Below, one piece after another: positions 47,315-57,138 of a stretch of DNA of 64,000 bases. The notes beneath the pieces were generated by a model that saw only the letters and a list, made by a program, of their open reading frames with translations, was not told the origin of the DNA and did not search any database. Source of the DNA: an uncultured Bacteroidales bacterium. GTDB lineage: Bacteria > Bacteroidota > Bacteroidia > Bacteroidales > UBA1402. The stretch covers positions 11,310-75,309 of the forward strand of contig CAZNQD010000003.1 in assembly GCA_964575345.1 (NCBI GenBank), written 5' to 3'. Positions within the stretch are counted from its first letter, which is position 1, and every line of letters starts with the position of its first letter. A program made the position numbers and the translations under genes.

Positions 47315-50215
47315 TTAATACCCGAACAAGCTTTCCAACTCTAATTTAGTTACCGGTCCATACTGAGCTAAACGATTGAAATCCACTTCTTTTTCATCAC
47401 CTAACACGCAATAGCTGTAAGAGCGGTTTTTGATCCATTGTTGCTGGAAGCTTTTCAGATCTTCCAGATTCAAATTGGTCAGACTTTCATATAAATATTT
47501 ACGGGAATCTTCTTCTAATCCGTAATCAAGGGCATCCAGGTAAGTCCAGAGAATATTGGAACGTAAAATCCGTTCGGTGCGCAGTCTGGAGAAAAGGCCA
47601 TCTTTGGCAAGTTTGAAGGCGGCTTCCGACTCGGGCATGTCTTCGATTATTTGATAGAAGGCTTGCAAAGCATCGTCCATTTTGTCGGTTTGCGTTGCAA
47701 TGACGCTAACCATGGAATAGGGACGTCCGGCCCTGGACGGAGTCACATAAGCAGCGGCGGCCGAATAGGCCAAACCTCTGGCTTCGCGCATTTCCTGAAA
47801 TACTATGGAGTTCATGCTTCCGCCAAAATAATCATTATACAAAGTAGTCAATGGTTCTTTTTGCAGATCAAATACTTCCCCATTATTGGAATACATTGAC
47901 AAATAAAGCTGCTTGGCATTGTATTGGGCGAATAAGACCTGATTGTTCTCTGTCAATAAATAGGGGAATTCTTTTGGGGCCGGTAATTCAAGCAATGTCT
48001 CCGGCACCCGGTGTTTTTCTTTTAATACGCTTGTCAATTGTTCTTTTGAATCCGGGCCGTAATACAATACTTTATGACTGTATGATGTCAGTTTATTCAA
48101 AACCTCGATTAATGCTTCGGGTTTAAGATTTAAAAGTTCCTGATCACTTAAGACATTCGTGGCCGGGGAGCTTGGCCCGTAAACAGCGTAATTGCGCAAC
48201 ATGCTGAAAATACGGCTTTGGCTCAATTTGGCATTGGCCCTGTCTTTGAGAATATCCTGTATCATATTGTCAAAAGCCTGTTGATTCACCTGGACATCAG
48301 CCAATAAAGTTTCCAGTAAATTTAAAGCTTCCGGCATATTTTCTCCCAGACCCGTCAGTCGAATCTGCGCTTTTTCGGAACCGGCAGACAAATTGTAAGA
48401 ACAAGCCATTTTGTAGAACTCACTTTTAATTTGTTCCGCAGTCAATTCAGAAGTGCCCAAATAATTCAAATAAGAAAAAGCCAGACTCAATAAATTGTCG
48501 GTATTGGTACCCATATCAAACCAATATGTCAATTCAAAAAGATCATCGGTTTGATTTTGAATGTATAATACAGGAATGTCGGCTTGTGCCGGAAAACGCG
48601 AAAAATCTTTTTTGAAATCCAAAAAGACAGGTTGTATGGGTTTTACCATCGCCTGTTGAATTTCTTTCAGGAAAGTACTGGCGGTATCGCGGTTAGTCAG
48701 AATGGGAGTGATTTCGGGTTTTGCAATCTTTTTTTCGTTGGGATCAGTTCCCTGACGTTTGTAGACCAAAGCATAGCCCTCGTTGAACCATTTATTGGCG
48801 AAAGCCACCACATCTTCTTTGCCGATCTTGCTCAGATCATCCATCCGCATAACTTCGTCCGCCCAATCCACCTCATTAATAAAGGCTCTTACATACATAT
48901 CAGCGCGGCCGTTATTGCTTTGCATTTCTCTGATTCTGCTCAGCTTTAAATTATTTATACTGGCCTCGAGCAAAAAATCATCGAAGTCACCGGCTTTTAA
49001 TTTAGCTATTTCTTCCAATAACAAGTCCTTGACTTCTTCGAGGCTCTGGCCTTCTTTGGGCCTGCCCTGCATGATATAAGCGCTGTAATCGGCCATCTCA
49101 TATGCCCCCGAAAAGGCGTTCAGCACTTTTTGCTGCTGGAGAAGGTCCAAATCGATTAAACCGGCTTTGCCGTTGTTTAAAATCATATCTGTCAGGGTAA
49201 GCAAATTGAACTCTTCACTGCCAATTCCAACACAGCTCCAGCCCAAGGTGATGTTTTCGGCGTCGTTACCATAGACTTCACAAACCACCGGTTCTGTTAA
49301 TGCTTTAGCTTCTTTAAATTCCAGTTCGGGTATCGAAGCGGCAGGCTTCATCTCTCCAAAATACTTTTTGATCACCTGTATCATTTCCTTGGGATTGAAA
49401 TCACCCGAGAGGCAAATGGCCATGTTATTAGGCACATAATAAGTGTTGTAATAATTCTTGATGTTGGTGATGGAGGGATTTTTCAAGTGCTCCTGGGTAC
49501 CGAGCACCGTTTGGGTGCCATAAGGATGATGCGGGAAAAGTATGGCCAGTATCCTCTCGTACACTTTACGAAAATCGTTGGTCAGGGACATGTTTTTTTC
49601 TTCGTAAACAGTTTCCAGCTCCGTATGAAAACCACGAATTACGTTGTTTTGAAAACGGTCTGCCTGAATTTTTGCCCAATTCTCAATTTGATTTGAAGGA
49701 ATATCCTCGGTATAAACGGTCATATCAAAACCAGTGTAAGCATTGGTCCCCGAAGCGCCAATGGCTGTCATGAGTTTATCATACTCGTTGGGAATAAAAA
49801 ACCTGGAGGCTTCGAAAGAAAGACTGTCAATTAATCTGTAAATAGCCTTGCGCTCTGCTTCGTCTGTCTTGGACCTGTACTCTTCGAACAGAGCTTCAAT
49901 CTGGTCAAGCATCGGTTTTTCCTGGTCGTAGTTCATTGTCCCGAACTGCTTGCTTCCTTTGAACATAAGGTGTTCAAAATAGTGAGCCAAACCTGTGGTT
50001 TCGGCAGGATCGTTCTTTGCTCCAACTTTGACGGCAACATAAGTCTGTATGCGGGGTTCGTCTTTATTTACGGTCATATACACTTTAAGACCATTGTCCA
50101 GCGTGTATATTCTGGTATTCATGGGATCTCCGGGTACACGTTCATAGCCCTGATTGCATGCGTTGAAAAGCAACATTAACAGGCTGATCAGGCTTAAAAA
50201 TTTAATTGTTTTCAT
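47315..50215 (-). CDS. M16-family (insulinase-like) zinc peptidase, double-length form
   Basis: Start at MKTIKFLSL (lipobox FNAC); the 50254 start is TTG inside the -7 box. Inverted zinc motif HYFEHLMF. Confidence 0.85.
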   Translation of the reverse strand: MKTIKFLSLISLLMLLFNACNQGYERVPGDPMNTRIYTLDNGLKVYMTVNKDEPRIQTYVAVKVGAKNDPAETTGLAHYFEHLMFKGSKQFGTMNYDQEKPMLDQIEALFEEYRSKTDEAERKAIYRLIDSLSFEASRFFIPNEYDKLMTAIGASGTNAYTGFDMTVYTEDIPSNQIENWAKIQADRFQNNVIRGFHTELETVYEEKNMSLTNDFRKVYERILAILFPHHPYGTQTVLGTQEHLKNPSITNIKNYYNTYYVPNNMAICLSGDFNPKEMIQVIKKYFGEMKPAASIPELEFKEAKALTEPVVCEVYGNDAENITLGWSCVGIGSEEFNLLTLTDMILNNGKAGLIDLDLLQQQKVLNAFSGAYEMADYSAYIMQGRPKEGQSLEEVKDLLLEEIAKLKAGDFDDFLLEASINNLKLSRIREMQSNNGRADMYVRAFINEVDWADEVMRMDDLSKIGKEDVVAFANKWFNEGYALVYKRQGTDPNEKKIAKPEITPILTNRDTASTFLKEIQQAMVKPIQPVFLDFKKDFSRFPAQADIPVLYIQNQTDDLFELTYWFDMGTNTDNLLSLAFSYLNYLGTSELTAEQIKSEFYKMACSYNLSAGSEKAQIRLTGLGENMPEALNLLETLLADVQVNQQAFDNMIQDILKDRANAKLSQSRIFSMLRNYAVYGPSSPATNVLSDQELLNLKPEALIEVLNKLTSYSHKVLYYGPDSKEQLTSVLKEKHRVPETLLELPAPKEFPYLLTENNQVLFAQYNAKQLYLSMYSNNGEVFDLQKEPLTTLYNDYFGGSMNSIVFQEMREARGLAYSAAAAYVTPSRAGRPYSMVSVIATQTDKMDDALQAFYQIIEDMPESEAAFKLAKDGLFSRLRTERILRSNILWTYLDALDYGLEEDSRKYLYESLTNLNLEDLKSFQQQWIKNRSYSYCVLGDEKEVDFNRLAQYGPVTKLELESLFGY

Positions 50216-50251
50216 AAGGACAGGTTTTATGGATATTAGCTTATATTGTGA

Positions 50252-50259
50252 CAAAAGTA
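50252..50259 (-). promoter_or_regulatory. -7 box TACTTTTG for the M16 peptidase gene
   Basis: CAAAAGTA on the plus strand, 37 nt upstream of the ATG at 50215. Confidence 0.45.
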
Positions 50260-50306
50260 ATGTTTTTTTTCGTTCCTTTGCATAGATTACTTAATTCTTT
50301 GGTTGA

Positions 50307-51590
50307 ATGAAATTTGAAGAACTCGATTTAGAGGAAGAAGTCCTGGACGGACTCTGGGCAATGAATTTTCGGGATTGCACCCCGGTACAGGAAATGGCTA
50401 TACCTATTTTGCTCGAAGGCAATGATTTAATTGGTTGCGCTCAGACCGGTACAGGCAAAACAGCCGCCTATCTTCTGCCGATTCTCAATAATCTTGTATT
50501 GGACAAATACTCACAAAATGCCATCCGTGCTGTGATTATGGTTCCTACCCGAGAACTGGCCCAGCAAATAGATCAGCAGGTGGAAGGTTTTGCTTATTAT
50601 TTACCGGTATCATCCATCGCTGTTTACGGTGGAAACGACGGCATGGTGTGGGAACAGCAGAAAAAAAGCCTGAATATGGGCGTCGACATCGTTATTGCCA
50701 CACCGGGACGCTTACTTTCATATATAAAATTGGGGCTTATCGACTTGAGTCTGGTCAAGTATTTTATTCTCGACGAAGCCGACCGCATGCTGGATATGGG
50801 ATTCATCGACGACATAATGCTTATTATCAAAGAATTACCTCTTAGGCGGCAAACTATGTTGTTTTCGGCAACCATGCCTTCAAAAATCAGGGAACTGGCA
50901 AAGAAAATAATGCGTCAGCCCAAAGAAATAAGGCTGGCCGTTTCCAAACCCAACGAAAACATCGATCAATCGGCCTACATTTGCTATGAACAACAAAAAC
51001 CCGAACTGGTTGATATCTTGTTTGGCTCTATGCAGGCAGGCGAAAAAATACTCCTCTTTGCCTCCTCCAAAATCAAAGTTAAAGAGGTCTGCCGCATTCT
51101 GAAACGGCTTAATCTCTCAGTAATAGAAATGCATTCCGATTTGGAGCAAGCCGAAAGAGAAAAGGTGATGCACAGCTTTAAATCCGGCAAAGTTCAAATT
51201 CTGGTGGCTACCGATATTGTTTCCAGAGGTATAGATATTGATGATATTGCCCTGGTTATCAACTACGATGTTCCTCACGACCCCGAAGACTACGTTCACC
51301 GCATCGGACGTACCGCCCGCGCAGGCGAAAAAGGCAGAGCCATCACCTTTGTTTCTGAACAGGACCAATACGATTTCCTGCAAATTGAACGCTTTCTGGA
51401 AAAAGAAGTAGTAAAAAACGCACTTCCAGAAAAATTAGGCGAAGGGCCTCTCTATCAGCCCCAAAAACCTGGACGCAGCCGATTTGGTAATAAACCGGGT
51501 TCAGGAAGCAGAAAACCCATGGCACAGGGCGGGAACAAAAAAAGCGGGCCCCGAAAACCTTTCAAAGGTGGAGCCCGCTCTAACGGATAA
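50307..51590 (+). CDS. DEAD-box ATP-dependent RNA helicase (RhlE-like)
   Basis: 427 aa. Q motif, AQTGTGKT, DEAD (LDEAD), SAT, HRIGRTARAG, and a basic Gly/Arg/Lys tail. Confidence 0.9.
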   Translation: MKFEELDLEEEVLDGLWAMNFRDCTPVQEMAIPILLEGNDLIGCAQTGTGKTAAYLLPILNNLVLDKYSQNAIRAVIMVPTRELAQQIDQQVEGFAYYLPVSSIAVYGGNDGMVWEQQKKSLNMGVDIVIATPGRLLSYIKLGLIDLSLVKYFILDEADRMLDMGFIDDIMLIIKELPLRRQTMLFSATMPSKIRELAKKIMRQPKEIRLAVSKPNENIDQSAYICYEQQKPELVDILFGSMQAGEKILLFASSKIKVKEVCRILKRLNLSVIEMHSDLEQAEREKVMHSFKSGKVQILVATDIVSRGIDIDDIALVINYDVPHDPEDYVHRIGRTARAGEKGRAITFVSEQDQYDFLQIERFLEKEVVKNALPEKLGEGPLYQPQKPGRSRFGNKPGSGSRKPMAQGGNKKSGPRKPFKGGARSNG

Positions 51591-51600
51591 TGCCTTTCGC

Positions 51601-51846
51601 TTAGTTTTCTTCCTCGTTGAAAGCTTCCGGAATCTGATTCAACAGCGAGGAGGCTTTTTCAAAATCTTCTTCCATCACGTGCAATAACACCGTAGAGCTG
51701 GCCGAAAAAAAGCCGGGTGTGAACACACTGTTTTCGTTGCTCAAAAAACAGGGAATCCCGTTGGCCTCCAGCATGCTCTTGACAATATTGGCTTCGGTAG
51801 AAGTATTAAACTCCTTTAGTACTACCGTTTTTTGCTGATCTTTCAT
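51601..51846 (-). CDS. DUF2007-like small protein
   Basis: 81 aa. The pattern E.....LE..GI........ is typical of the 'putative signal transducing protein' fold. Lies 19 nt downstream of pnp on the same strand. Confidence 0.55.
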   Translation of the reverse strand: MKDQQKTVVLKEFNTSTEANIVKSMLEANGIPCFLSNENSVFTPGFFSASSTVLLHVMEEDFEKASSLLNQIPEAFNEEEN

Positions 51847-51865
51847 AATTCAGAAATTAAGAAAC

Positions 51866-54106
51866 TTAGTTGTCGCGATTTGAGTCCGGACGATGACGGC
51901 CATCCCTGCCTTTACCGGCATGATCGCCTCCATGGCGGTTTTCGGGCCTGGGGCGACGTTCTCTTTCGGGACGTTCTTCGTATCCTTCGGGCTTTTCGAG
52001 CAATACTTTGTGAGATAATTTGAATTTTCCGGTTTTGGGATCTACATCAAGCAACTTCACATCAATCTCGTCCCCTTCGTGCAGACCGGCTTCTTCAACC
52101 GTTTCCAGGCGTTTCCAGGCGATCTCGGAAATATGCAGCAATCCGTCTTTACCGGGCATAAATTCAACAAAGGCCCCATAGGGCATAATGGAGCGGACTT
52201 TGCCCCGATAGATTTCTCCGGGTTCCGGCACAGCCACAATGCTTCTGATTTTCATTAAAGCAGCTTCAATGCTGGCCTTGTTGGTGGCCGCTATTTCTAT
52301 TCTACCTTGACCATCAAGCTCTTCGATAGTAATAATGGCTCCGGTTTCTTCCTGCATTCCCTGAATAATCTTTCCGCCCGGGCCAATGACGGCACCGATG
52401 AATTCTTTGGGTATCCACATAAGTTCAATGCGGGGTGCATTGGGTTTGAGTTCGGGACGGGGAGCAGGCAAAGTCTCAACAATTTTGTTCAGAATATGCA
52501 TGCGGCCTTCACGAGCCTGCATCAAAGCTTTTTCCAAAATTTCGTAGGGCAAACCGTCCACCTTAATATCCATCTGGGTAGCCGTAATGCCGTCTTTGGT
52601 TCCGGTTACCTTAAAGTCCATATCTCCGAGATGATCTTCGTCGCCAAGAATATCTGATAAAATGGCGAATTTTTTATTGTCGGTTATAAGTCCCATGGCT
52701 ATACCCGAAACCGGTTTTTTGATGGGAACACCTGCGTCCATTAAGGCCAGGGTGCCTGCACATACTGTTGCCATAGAAGAAGAACCGTTAGATTCCAAAA
52801 TATCGGAAACCACACGAATCACATAAGGATATTCTTCGGGCAACATTTTTTTCAAAGCGCGATGGGCTAAATTGCCGTGTCCTACTTCGCGGCGTCCTAC
52901 ACCACGGCTGGCACGTGCTTCGCCTGTTGAAAAGGGAGGAAAGTTGTAATGCAACAGAAATCTTTCGGTACTTTGGTTCAGAGCATCGTCCACAATTTTT
53001 TCGTCCAGTTTGGTTCCCAGAGTAACCGAAGTGAGTGACTGTGTTTCGCCGCGGGTAAAAATAGCCGAACCATGGCAGCCGGGTAAATAATCCACCTCCG
53101 ACCAAATGGGACGAATCTCGGTAGTTGTTCTGCCGTCAAGGCGTTTGCCTTCGTCAAGAATGCTGCGACGCATGGCTTCTTTTTCAACTTCGTGATAATA
53201 ACGGGTAATCATTTCGGCTTTTGCCTGAGCCGTTTCTTCGTCCAGAGCGGCTACATATTCTTCGCATATTGCTTTGAAGTTGGCTTCTCTCTGATGCTTG
53301 TCGGGATTGGCCGAAGTGGCTTCAGCGTAAGCCTTGGCATAGGTCTTATCCCAAATGTCCTTGCGCAGTTCTTCGTCCTTTTCTTCGTGACAATACTCGC
53401 GTTTGACAGTTTTACCTGCCATTTCGGCCAATTCAAGCTGGGCACGGCATTGAATTTTGATGGCCTCGTGTGCAATCTTGAGCGCTTCGAGCAAATCATT
53501 TTCCTGCACTTCGCTCATTTCACCTTCAACCATCATTATATTTTCCATGGTGGCACCCACCATGATATCTATATCGGCCTTTTTCAATTCGGCCGAGGTA
53601 GGATTCAATTTATACTGCCCGTCAATACGAGCTATGCGGACTTCTGAAATGGGGCCGTTAAAAGGAATATCCGAAACTGCGAGAGCAGCCGAGGCGGCCA
53701 GTCCGGCCAAAGCGTCGGGCATATCTCCGTTGCCGTCGTTATCGGCCGAAAAAAGAATCACGTTAACAATGGTGTTGGCGTGAAAATCGGCAGGGAACAA
53801 GGGGCGTAAAGCGCGATCGACCAGACGTGAGGTTAAAATTTCAGAGTCCGAGGCACGTCCCTCTCTTTTAATAAACCCCCCGGGGAAACGTCCCGAAGAG
53901 GCGAATTTTTCTTTGTACTCAACCTGTAAAGGCATAAAATCGGTTCCGGGAAGTGCTTCTTTGTCTGCGCAAACAGTGGCCAGCAATACAATATTGTTCA
54001 TCCGTACCACTACAGAGCCGTCTGCCTGTTTGGCCAATTTTCCGGTTTCAATGGTAATGGTCCTTCCATCACCCAATTCAATTGTTTTGACAATCGGTGT
54101 CATCAT
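51866..54106 (-). CDS. pnp: polyribonucleotide nucleotidyltransferase (PNPase)
   Basis: 746 aa. Two RNase PH domains, KH (GPGGKIIQ) and S1 ([18 protein letters not shown]) domains, and a basic C-terminal tail. Confidence 0.95.
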   Translation of the reverse strand: MMTPIVKTIELGDGRTITIETGKLAKQADGSVVVRMNNIVLLATVCADKEALPGTDFMPLQVEYKEKFASSGRFPGGFIKREGRASDSEILTSRLVDRALRPLFPADFHANTIVNVILFSADNDGNGDMPDALAGLAASAALAVSDIPFNGPISEVRIARIDGQYKLNPTSAELKKADIDIMVGATMENIMMVEGEMSEVQENDLLEALKIAHEAIKIQCRAQLELAEMAGKTVKREYCHEEKDEELRKDIWDKTYAKAYAEATSANPDKHQREANFKAICEEYVAALDEETAQAKAEMITRYYHEVEKEAMRRSILDEGKRLDGRTTTEIRPIWSEVDYLPGCHGSAIFTRGETQSLTSVTLGTKLDEKIVDDALNQSTERFLLHYNFPPFSTGEARASRGVGRREVGHGNLAHRALKKMLPEEYPYVIRVVSDILESNGSSSMATVCAGTLALMDAGVPIKKPVSGIAMGLITDNKKFAILSDILGDEDHLGDMDFKVTGTKDGITATQMDIKVDGLPYEILEKALMQAREGRMHILNKIVETLPAPRPELKPNAPRIELMWIPKEFIGAVIGPGGKIIQGMQEETGAIITIEELDGQGRIEIAATNKASIEAALMKIRSIVAVPEPGEIYRGKVRSIMPYGAFVEFMPGKDGLLHISEIAWKRLETVEEAGLHEGDEIDVKLLDVDPKTGKFKLSHKVLLEKPEGYEERPERERRPRPENRHGGDHAGKGRDGRHRPDSNRDN

Positions 54107-54129
54107 AAAAAATTTGTTTAAATTGTCTC

Positions 54130-54150
54130 AATGGGCCTTCATCGCCCATT
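54130..54150 (-). promoter_or_regulatory. perfect 7-bp hairpin in the pnp 5' leader
   Basis: AATGGGC-cttcatc-GCCCATT, located between the pnp -7 box (54172-54179) and the start codon (54106). Confidence 0.35.
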
Positions 54151-54171
54151 ATAATCACTATAAAAATCGTG

Positions 54172-54179
54172 CAAATGTA
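54172..54179 (-). promoter_or_regulatory. -7 box TACATTTG for pnp
   Basis: CAAATGTA on the plus strand, 66 nt upstream of the ATG at 54106. Confidence 0.45.
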
Positions 54180-54193
54180 CGGAAAAATTTCAC

Positions 54194-54201
54194 TATTTTT
54201 G
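54194..54201 (+). promoter_or_regulatory. -7 box TATTTTTG for the NSS transporter gene
   Basis: Motif match 84 nt before the ATG at 54285. Confidence 0.4.
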
Positions 54202-54284
54202 TCGTTTTATCATAATTAATTCTCAATGAATCAGTTCTGAGTTTTTGTATACCGGTTTATGACTGTTCAAAGGGTGTAAGCATT

Positions 54285-56117
54285 ATGGATAAAATACACG
54301 CAAAAGAAACCTGGGGCACCCGAATAGGATTAATCCTTGCTATGGCAGGAAATGCCGTTGGACTGGGCAATTTTTTGCGTTTTCCGATTCAGGCCATACA
54401 AAACGGTGGCGGGGCCTTCATTATTCCTTATCTTGTTTCGTTTATACTGCTGGGTATTCCTTTGATATTGGTGGAGTGGAGTACCGGCAGGTATGCGGGT
54501 CTAAGGGGACATCATTCCTCTCCCTTTGTGCTTCAGAGCTTCGATAAGCGACCCTATTGGAAATACATCGGAGTCATCGGGATTTTTTCCAACATTGTGA
54601 TTGCTTCGTATTATTGTTACATCGAAAGCTGGACAATCTCCTATGTATACCACTCCATGATACGCACCTTCGAGGGAATGACCGAAATCCAGGTTTCGGA
54701 CTTCTTTGATAATTACCTTAAAATAAGCACCTCAACTACAGGAATCCCCTATGAATCGATTCTTTTTTATCTTCTTTGCTTAGGCATCAATGTATGGATA
54801 CTGAGCCAGACACTTCGTAAAGGCATCGAAAGAGCAGCCAGATTTTTCATGCCCCTGTTGGTGATATTCGGTCTTTTTTTGGTGATCAGAATAGTCAGTA
54901 TCAAAGCCGGTGAACAGGGAGCCATTTACGATGGCTGGGTAGGCCTGGAGTTTTTATGGACACCTGACCTTAACTCCTTATCCGATCCCAAAGTTTGGTT
55001 GTCGGCCGCCGGCCAGATTTTTTTCACCCTCTCTCTGGGTATGGGTTGCATACAATGCTATGCCTCCTACCTGAAAGAAAAGGATGATGTGGTACTCAAC
55101 TCTATGACAGCAGGTTTTATGAACGAATTCATAGAAATTGTCATCGGCGGATCCATCATCATTCCCATTTCCATCGGCTATTTTGGCATAGACAAAGTGA
55201 TGGATTTATGCCAGATTGGAGGTTTTGGCCTGGGATTCCGTACGATGCCCTATTTGTTTGAACAATGGGGAGATGTCTTAGCCAGCCTGGCGGGGATAGC
55301 CTTTTTCGGTTTGCTGTTTGGGGCAGGAATTACTTCCACATTAGCCATGGGGGCGCCAATCGTAGGCTTTTTGAAAGATAATTTCGGCTGGCCGAGAAAG
55401 AAAGGAGCCCTTGCCTTCGGTGGCATTATCTTAGTGTTTGGAATTCCAACAGTGCTGTTTTTCTCCAAGGGAGTATTCGATGAATACGATTTTTGGGGAG
55501 GAACCATTGCCCTGGTGATTTACGCTACTGCCGAAATCATTTTGTTTTCCTGGATTGTTGGAGTAGACCGCGGCTGGAAGCTTATTCACCAGGGAGCCGA
55601 CATACGCATGCCCGGGATTTTTAAGTTTGTACTCAGGTACATTACTCCCACCATGCTGATACTTATTCTGCTGGCTTCCGCACTAAAACCCAAAGACGAC
55701 GATTGGGCCTTATTGAGCCTGAAAGGCTGGGAACTGGATAAAAACAGCATCATCGGGGAATTGCTCCACACAGGCATCGGCCCCAACAATACCTGGTTTG
55801 CCGGGGAATACTTTGCTGAGGATGCCGGCTTGGTACATAAAATTGCAGCAACAGAAAAGGGAACTACACTTGAAATTTTGTCAGCGAACACCATTAAAAG
55901 CTATCAGCTGTCGTGCCGACATCTGTTAATGGTTTCCGAAGGAGACAGAGTCACACCAGGAGATGTTCTTTATAAGGGAAAAACCATTAACACCGTCTTT
56001 TATATTGACTGCGCCAGAATCGGTCTGTTAATCTTGTTACTGTTACTTTGTTTTTTTGTATGGAAAGCCAACAAAAAGCCTCATAATTACTTTGATATAG
56101 AAGAACCAGACCTATAA
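54285..56117 (+). CDS. sodium-dependent transporter, NSS (SNF) family, with a C-terminal extension
   Basis: 610 aa. N-terminal WGTRIGLILAMAGNAVGLGNFLRFP motif. About 12 TM, then a soluble segment of about 110 aa and one further TM. Confidence 0.9.
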   Translation: MDKIHAKETWGTRIGLILAMAGNAVGLGNFLRFPIQAIQNGGGAFIIPYLVSFILLGIPLILVEWSTGRYAGLRGHHSSPFVLQSFDKRPYWKYIGVIGIFSNIVIASYYCYIESWTISYVYHSMIRTFEGMTEIQVSDFFDNYLKISTSTTGIPYESILFYLLCLGINVWILSQTLRKGIERAARFFMPLLVIFGLFLVIRIVSIKAGEQGAIYDGWVGLEFLWTPDLNSLSDPKVWLSAAGQIFFTLSLGMGCIQCYASYLKEKDDVVLNSMTAGFMNEFIEIVIGGSIIIPISIGYFGIDKVMDLCQIGGFGLGFRTMPYLFEQWGDVLASLAGIAFFGLLFGAGITSTLAMGAPIVGFLKDNFGWPRKKGALAFGGIILVFGIPTVLFFSKGVFDEYDFWGGTIALVIYATAEIILFSWIVGVDRGWKLIHQGADIRMPGIFKFVLRYITPTMLILILLASALKPKDDDWALLSLKGWELDKNSIIGELLHTGIGPNNTWFAGEYFAEDAGLVHKIAATEKGTTLEILSANTIKSYQLSCRHLLMVSEGDRVTPGDVLYKGKTINTVFYIDCARIGLLILLLLLCFFVWKANKKPHNYFDIEEPDL

Positions 56118-56251
56118 TGAACAGTACCGCTTTGTTAATAATGCTGAGTGTGCAGATTGTTGTCAGTCTGTTCCTTATATATTTTTTGTATCGGATATTT
56201 AAATCCCGGGGCAATAAATCTAAACAGAATCACTCCCAAAATAATGCATAA
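56117..56251 (+). CDS. small single-TM protein, candidate MetS-like NSS transporter small subunit
   Basis: Not in the ORF track (44 codons). The ATG overlaps the transporter stop (TAATG). Translation is MNSTALLIMLSVQIVVSLFLIYFLYRIFKSRGNKSKQNHSQNNA: one hydrophobic helix plus a basic tail. Confidence 0.55.
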   Translation: MNSTALLIMLSVQIVVSLFLIYFLYRIFKSRGNKSKQNHSQNNA

Positions 56252-57083
56252 CCTTTTGTGAATATCCCTTGGAAACAGGAATCGATTTAACCTTTTCTGA
56301 ATCAAGGTCAATGTAAATACCTTCTTTTTCTTTGCGGATTACCTTAACCTTGTCCGAATTGATAATATAGGATCGATGGCAACGCATTAGCGAACTGTTG
56401 GCAAAGCTTTCTTCTATGGTTTTGAGCTTACAACGCAATAAATAATTGCACATAGCTCCTTTGTTCATGTAGTAAACCTTAATATAATTGTCGTGTGATT
56501 CTATATAATAAAGATTATCCAGTTTTATGGACAGCCTCAGGTTGCCGTAATTATCGGTCAAATGGATTAATTCCTTATCTTTATTGGCCAACTCGTCATC
56601 TGAAACAAAATCTTTATAATTGAGCAGGCGCAAGGTTCTGTTTTTATCATTCAGTGCGCAATACAAAATAGAAATCGTATCAGGTATAATCAGGATCACC
56701 GAAGTATATAAAAGAGCCCTGGGAAAAATGGTCCAGAAAGAAGCATCAGTTTGTTCAATAAAGGTGATGGTAACAAAGGTGTAAAGCATGGTTATGAGTA
56801 CAATCTCGGCAAACAACCAAACGAAAAATCCCAGGAAAGTAAGCTTGAACCACTTTTTGCTATTGTATATCAAGACTCTGCTCAGGATTAAAATCAATGC
56901 CGATACAGCCAAAACACCTATCGTAAAGAAAAAATAGTTTGATTTCCCCAGATCAAACCAGGCTGTGGACGAAAAAGGGGTGTAAATATTTAAAAAAATG
57001 ATAGAAAAAAGTATTGTAAACAGCAAAGATCCAAGCATTTGGTTCTTTTGCAATAGGTAAGAGGGAACTTTTTGAGTTATCAT
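56220..57083 (-). CDS. membrane-anchored LytTR-family DNA-binding protein (no receiver domain)
   Basis: Start at the ATG (MITQKVPSY); the 57104 start is TTG. 4-5 TM helices, then a LytTR domain (LYYIESHDNYIKVYY...LMRCHRSYIIN). Confidence 0.8.
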   Translation of the reverse strand: MITQKVPSYLLQKNQMLGSLLFTILFSIIFLNIYTPFSSTAWFDLGKSNYFFFTIGVLAVSALILILSRVLIYNSKKWFKLTFLGFFVWLFAEIVLITMLYTFVTITFIEQTDASFWTIFPRALLYTSVILIIPDTISILYCALNDKNRTLRLLNYKDFVSDDELANKDKELIHLTDNYGNLRLSIKLDNLYYIESHDNYIKVYYMNKGAMCNYLLRCKLKTIEESFANSSLMRCHRSYIINSDKVKVIRKEKEGIYIDLDSEKVKSIPVSKGYSQKVMHYFGSDSV

Positions 57084-57124
57084 TTTATCCTGTTTTTGGA
57101 ACAAATGCTATCAACAAACGGGGA

Positions 57125-57132
57125 CAAATGTA
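57125..57132 (-). promoter_or_regulatory. -7 box TACATTTG for the LytTR gene
   Basis: CAAATGTA on the plus strand, 42 nt upstream of the ATG at 57083. Confidence 0.5.
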
Positions 57133-57138
57133 AAAACT

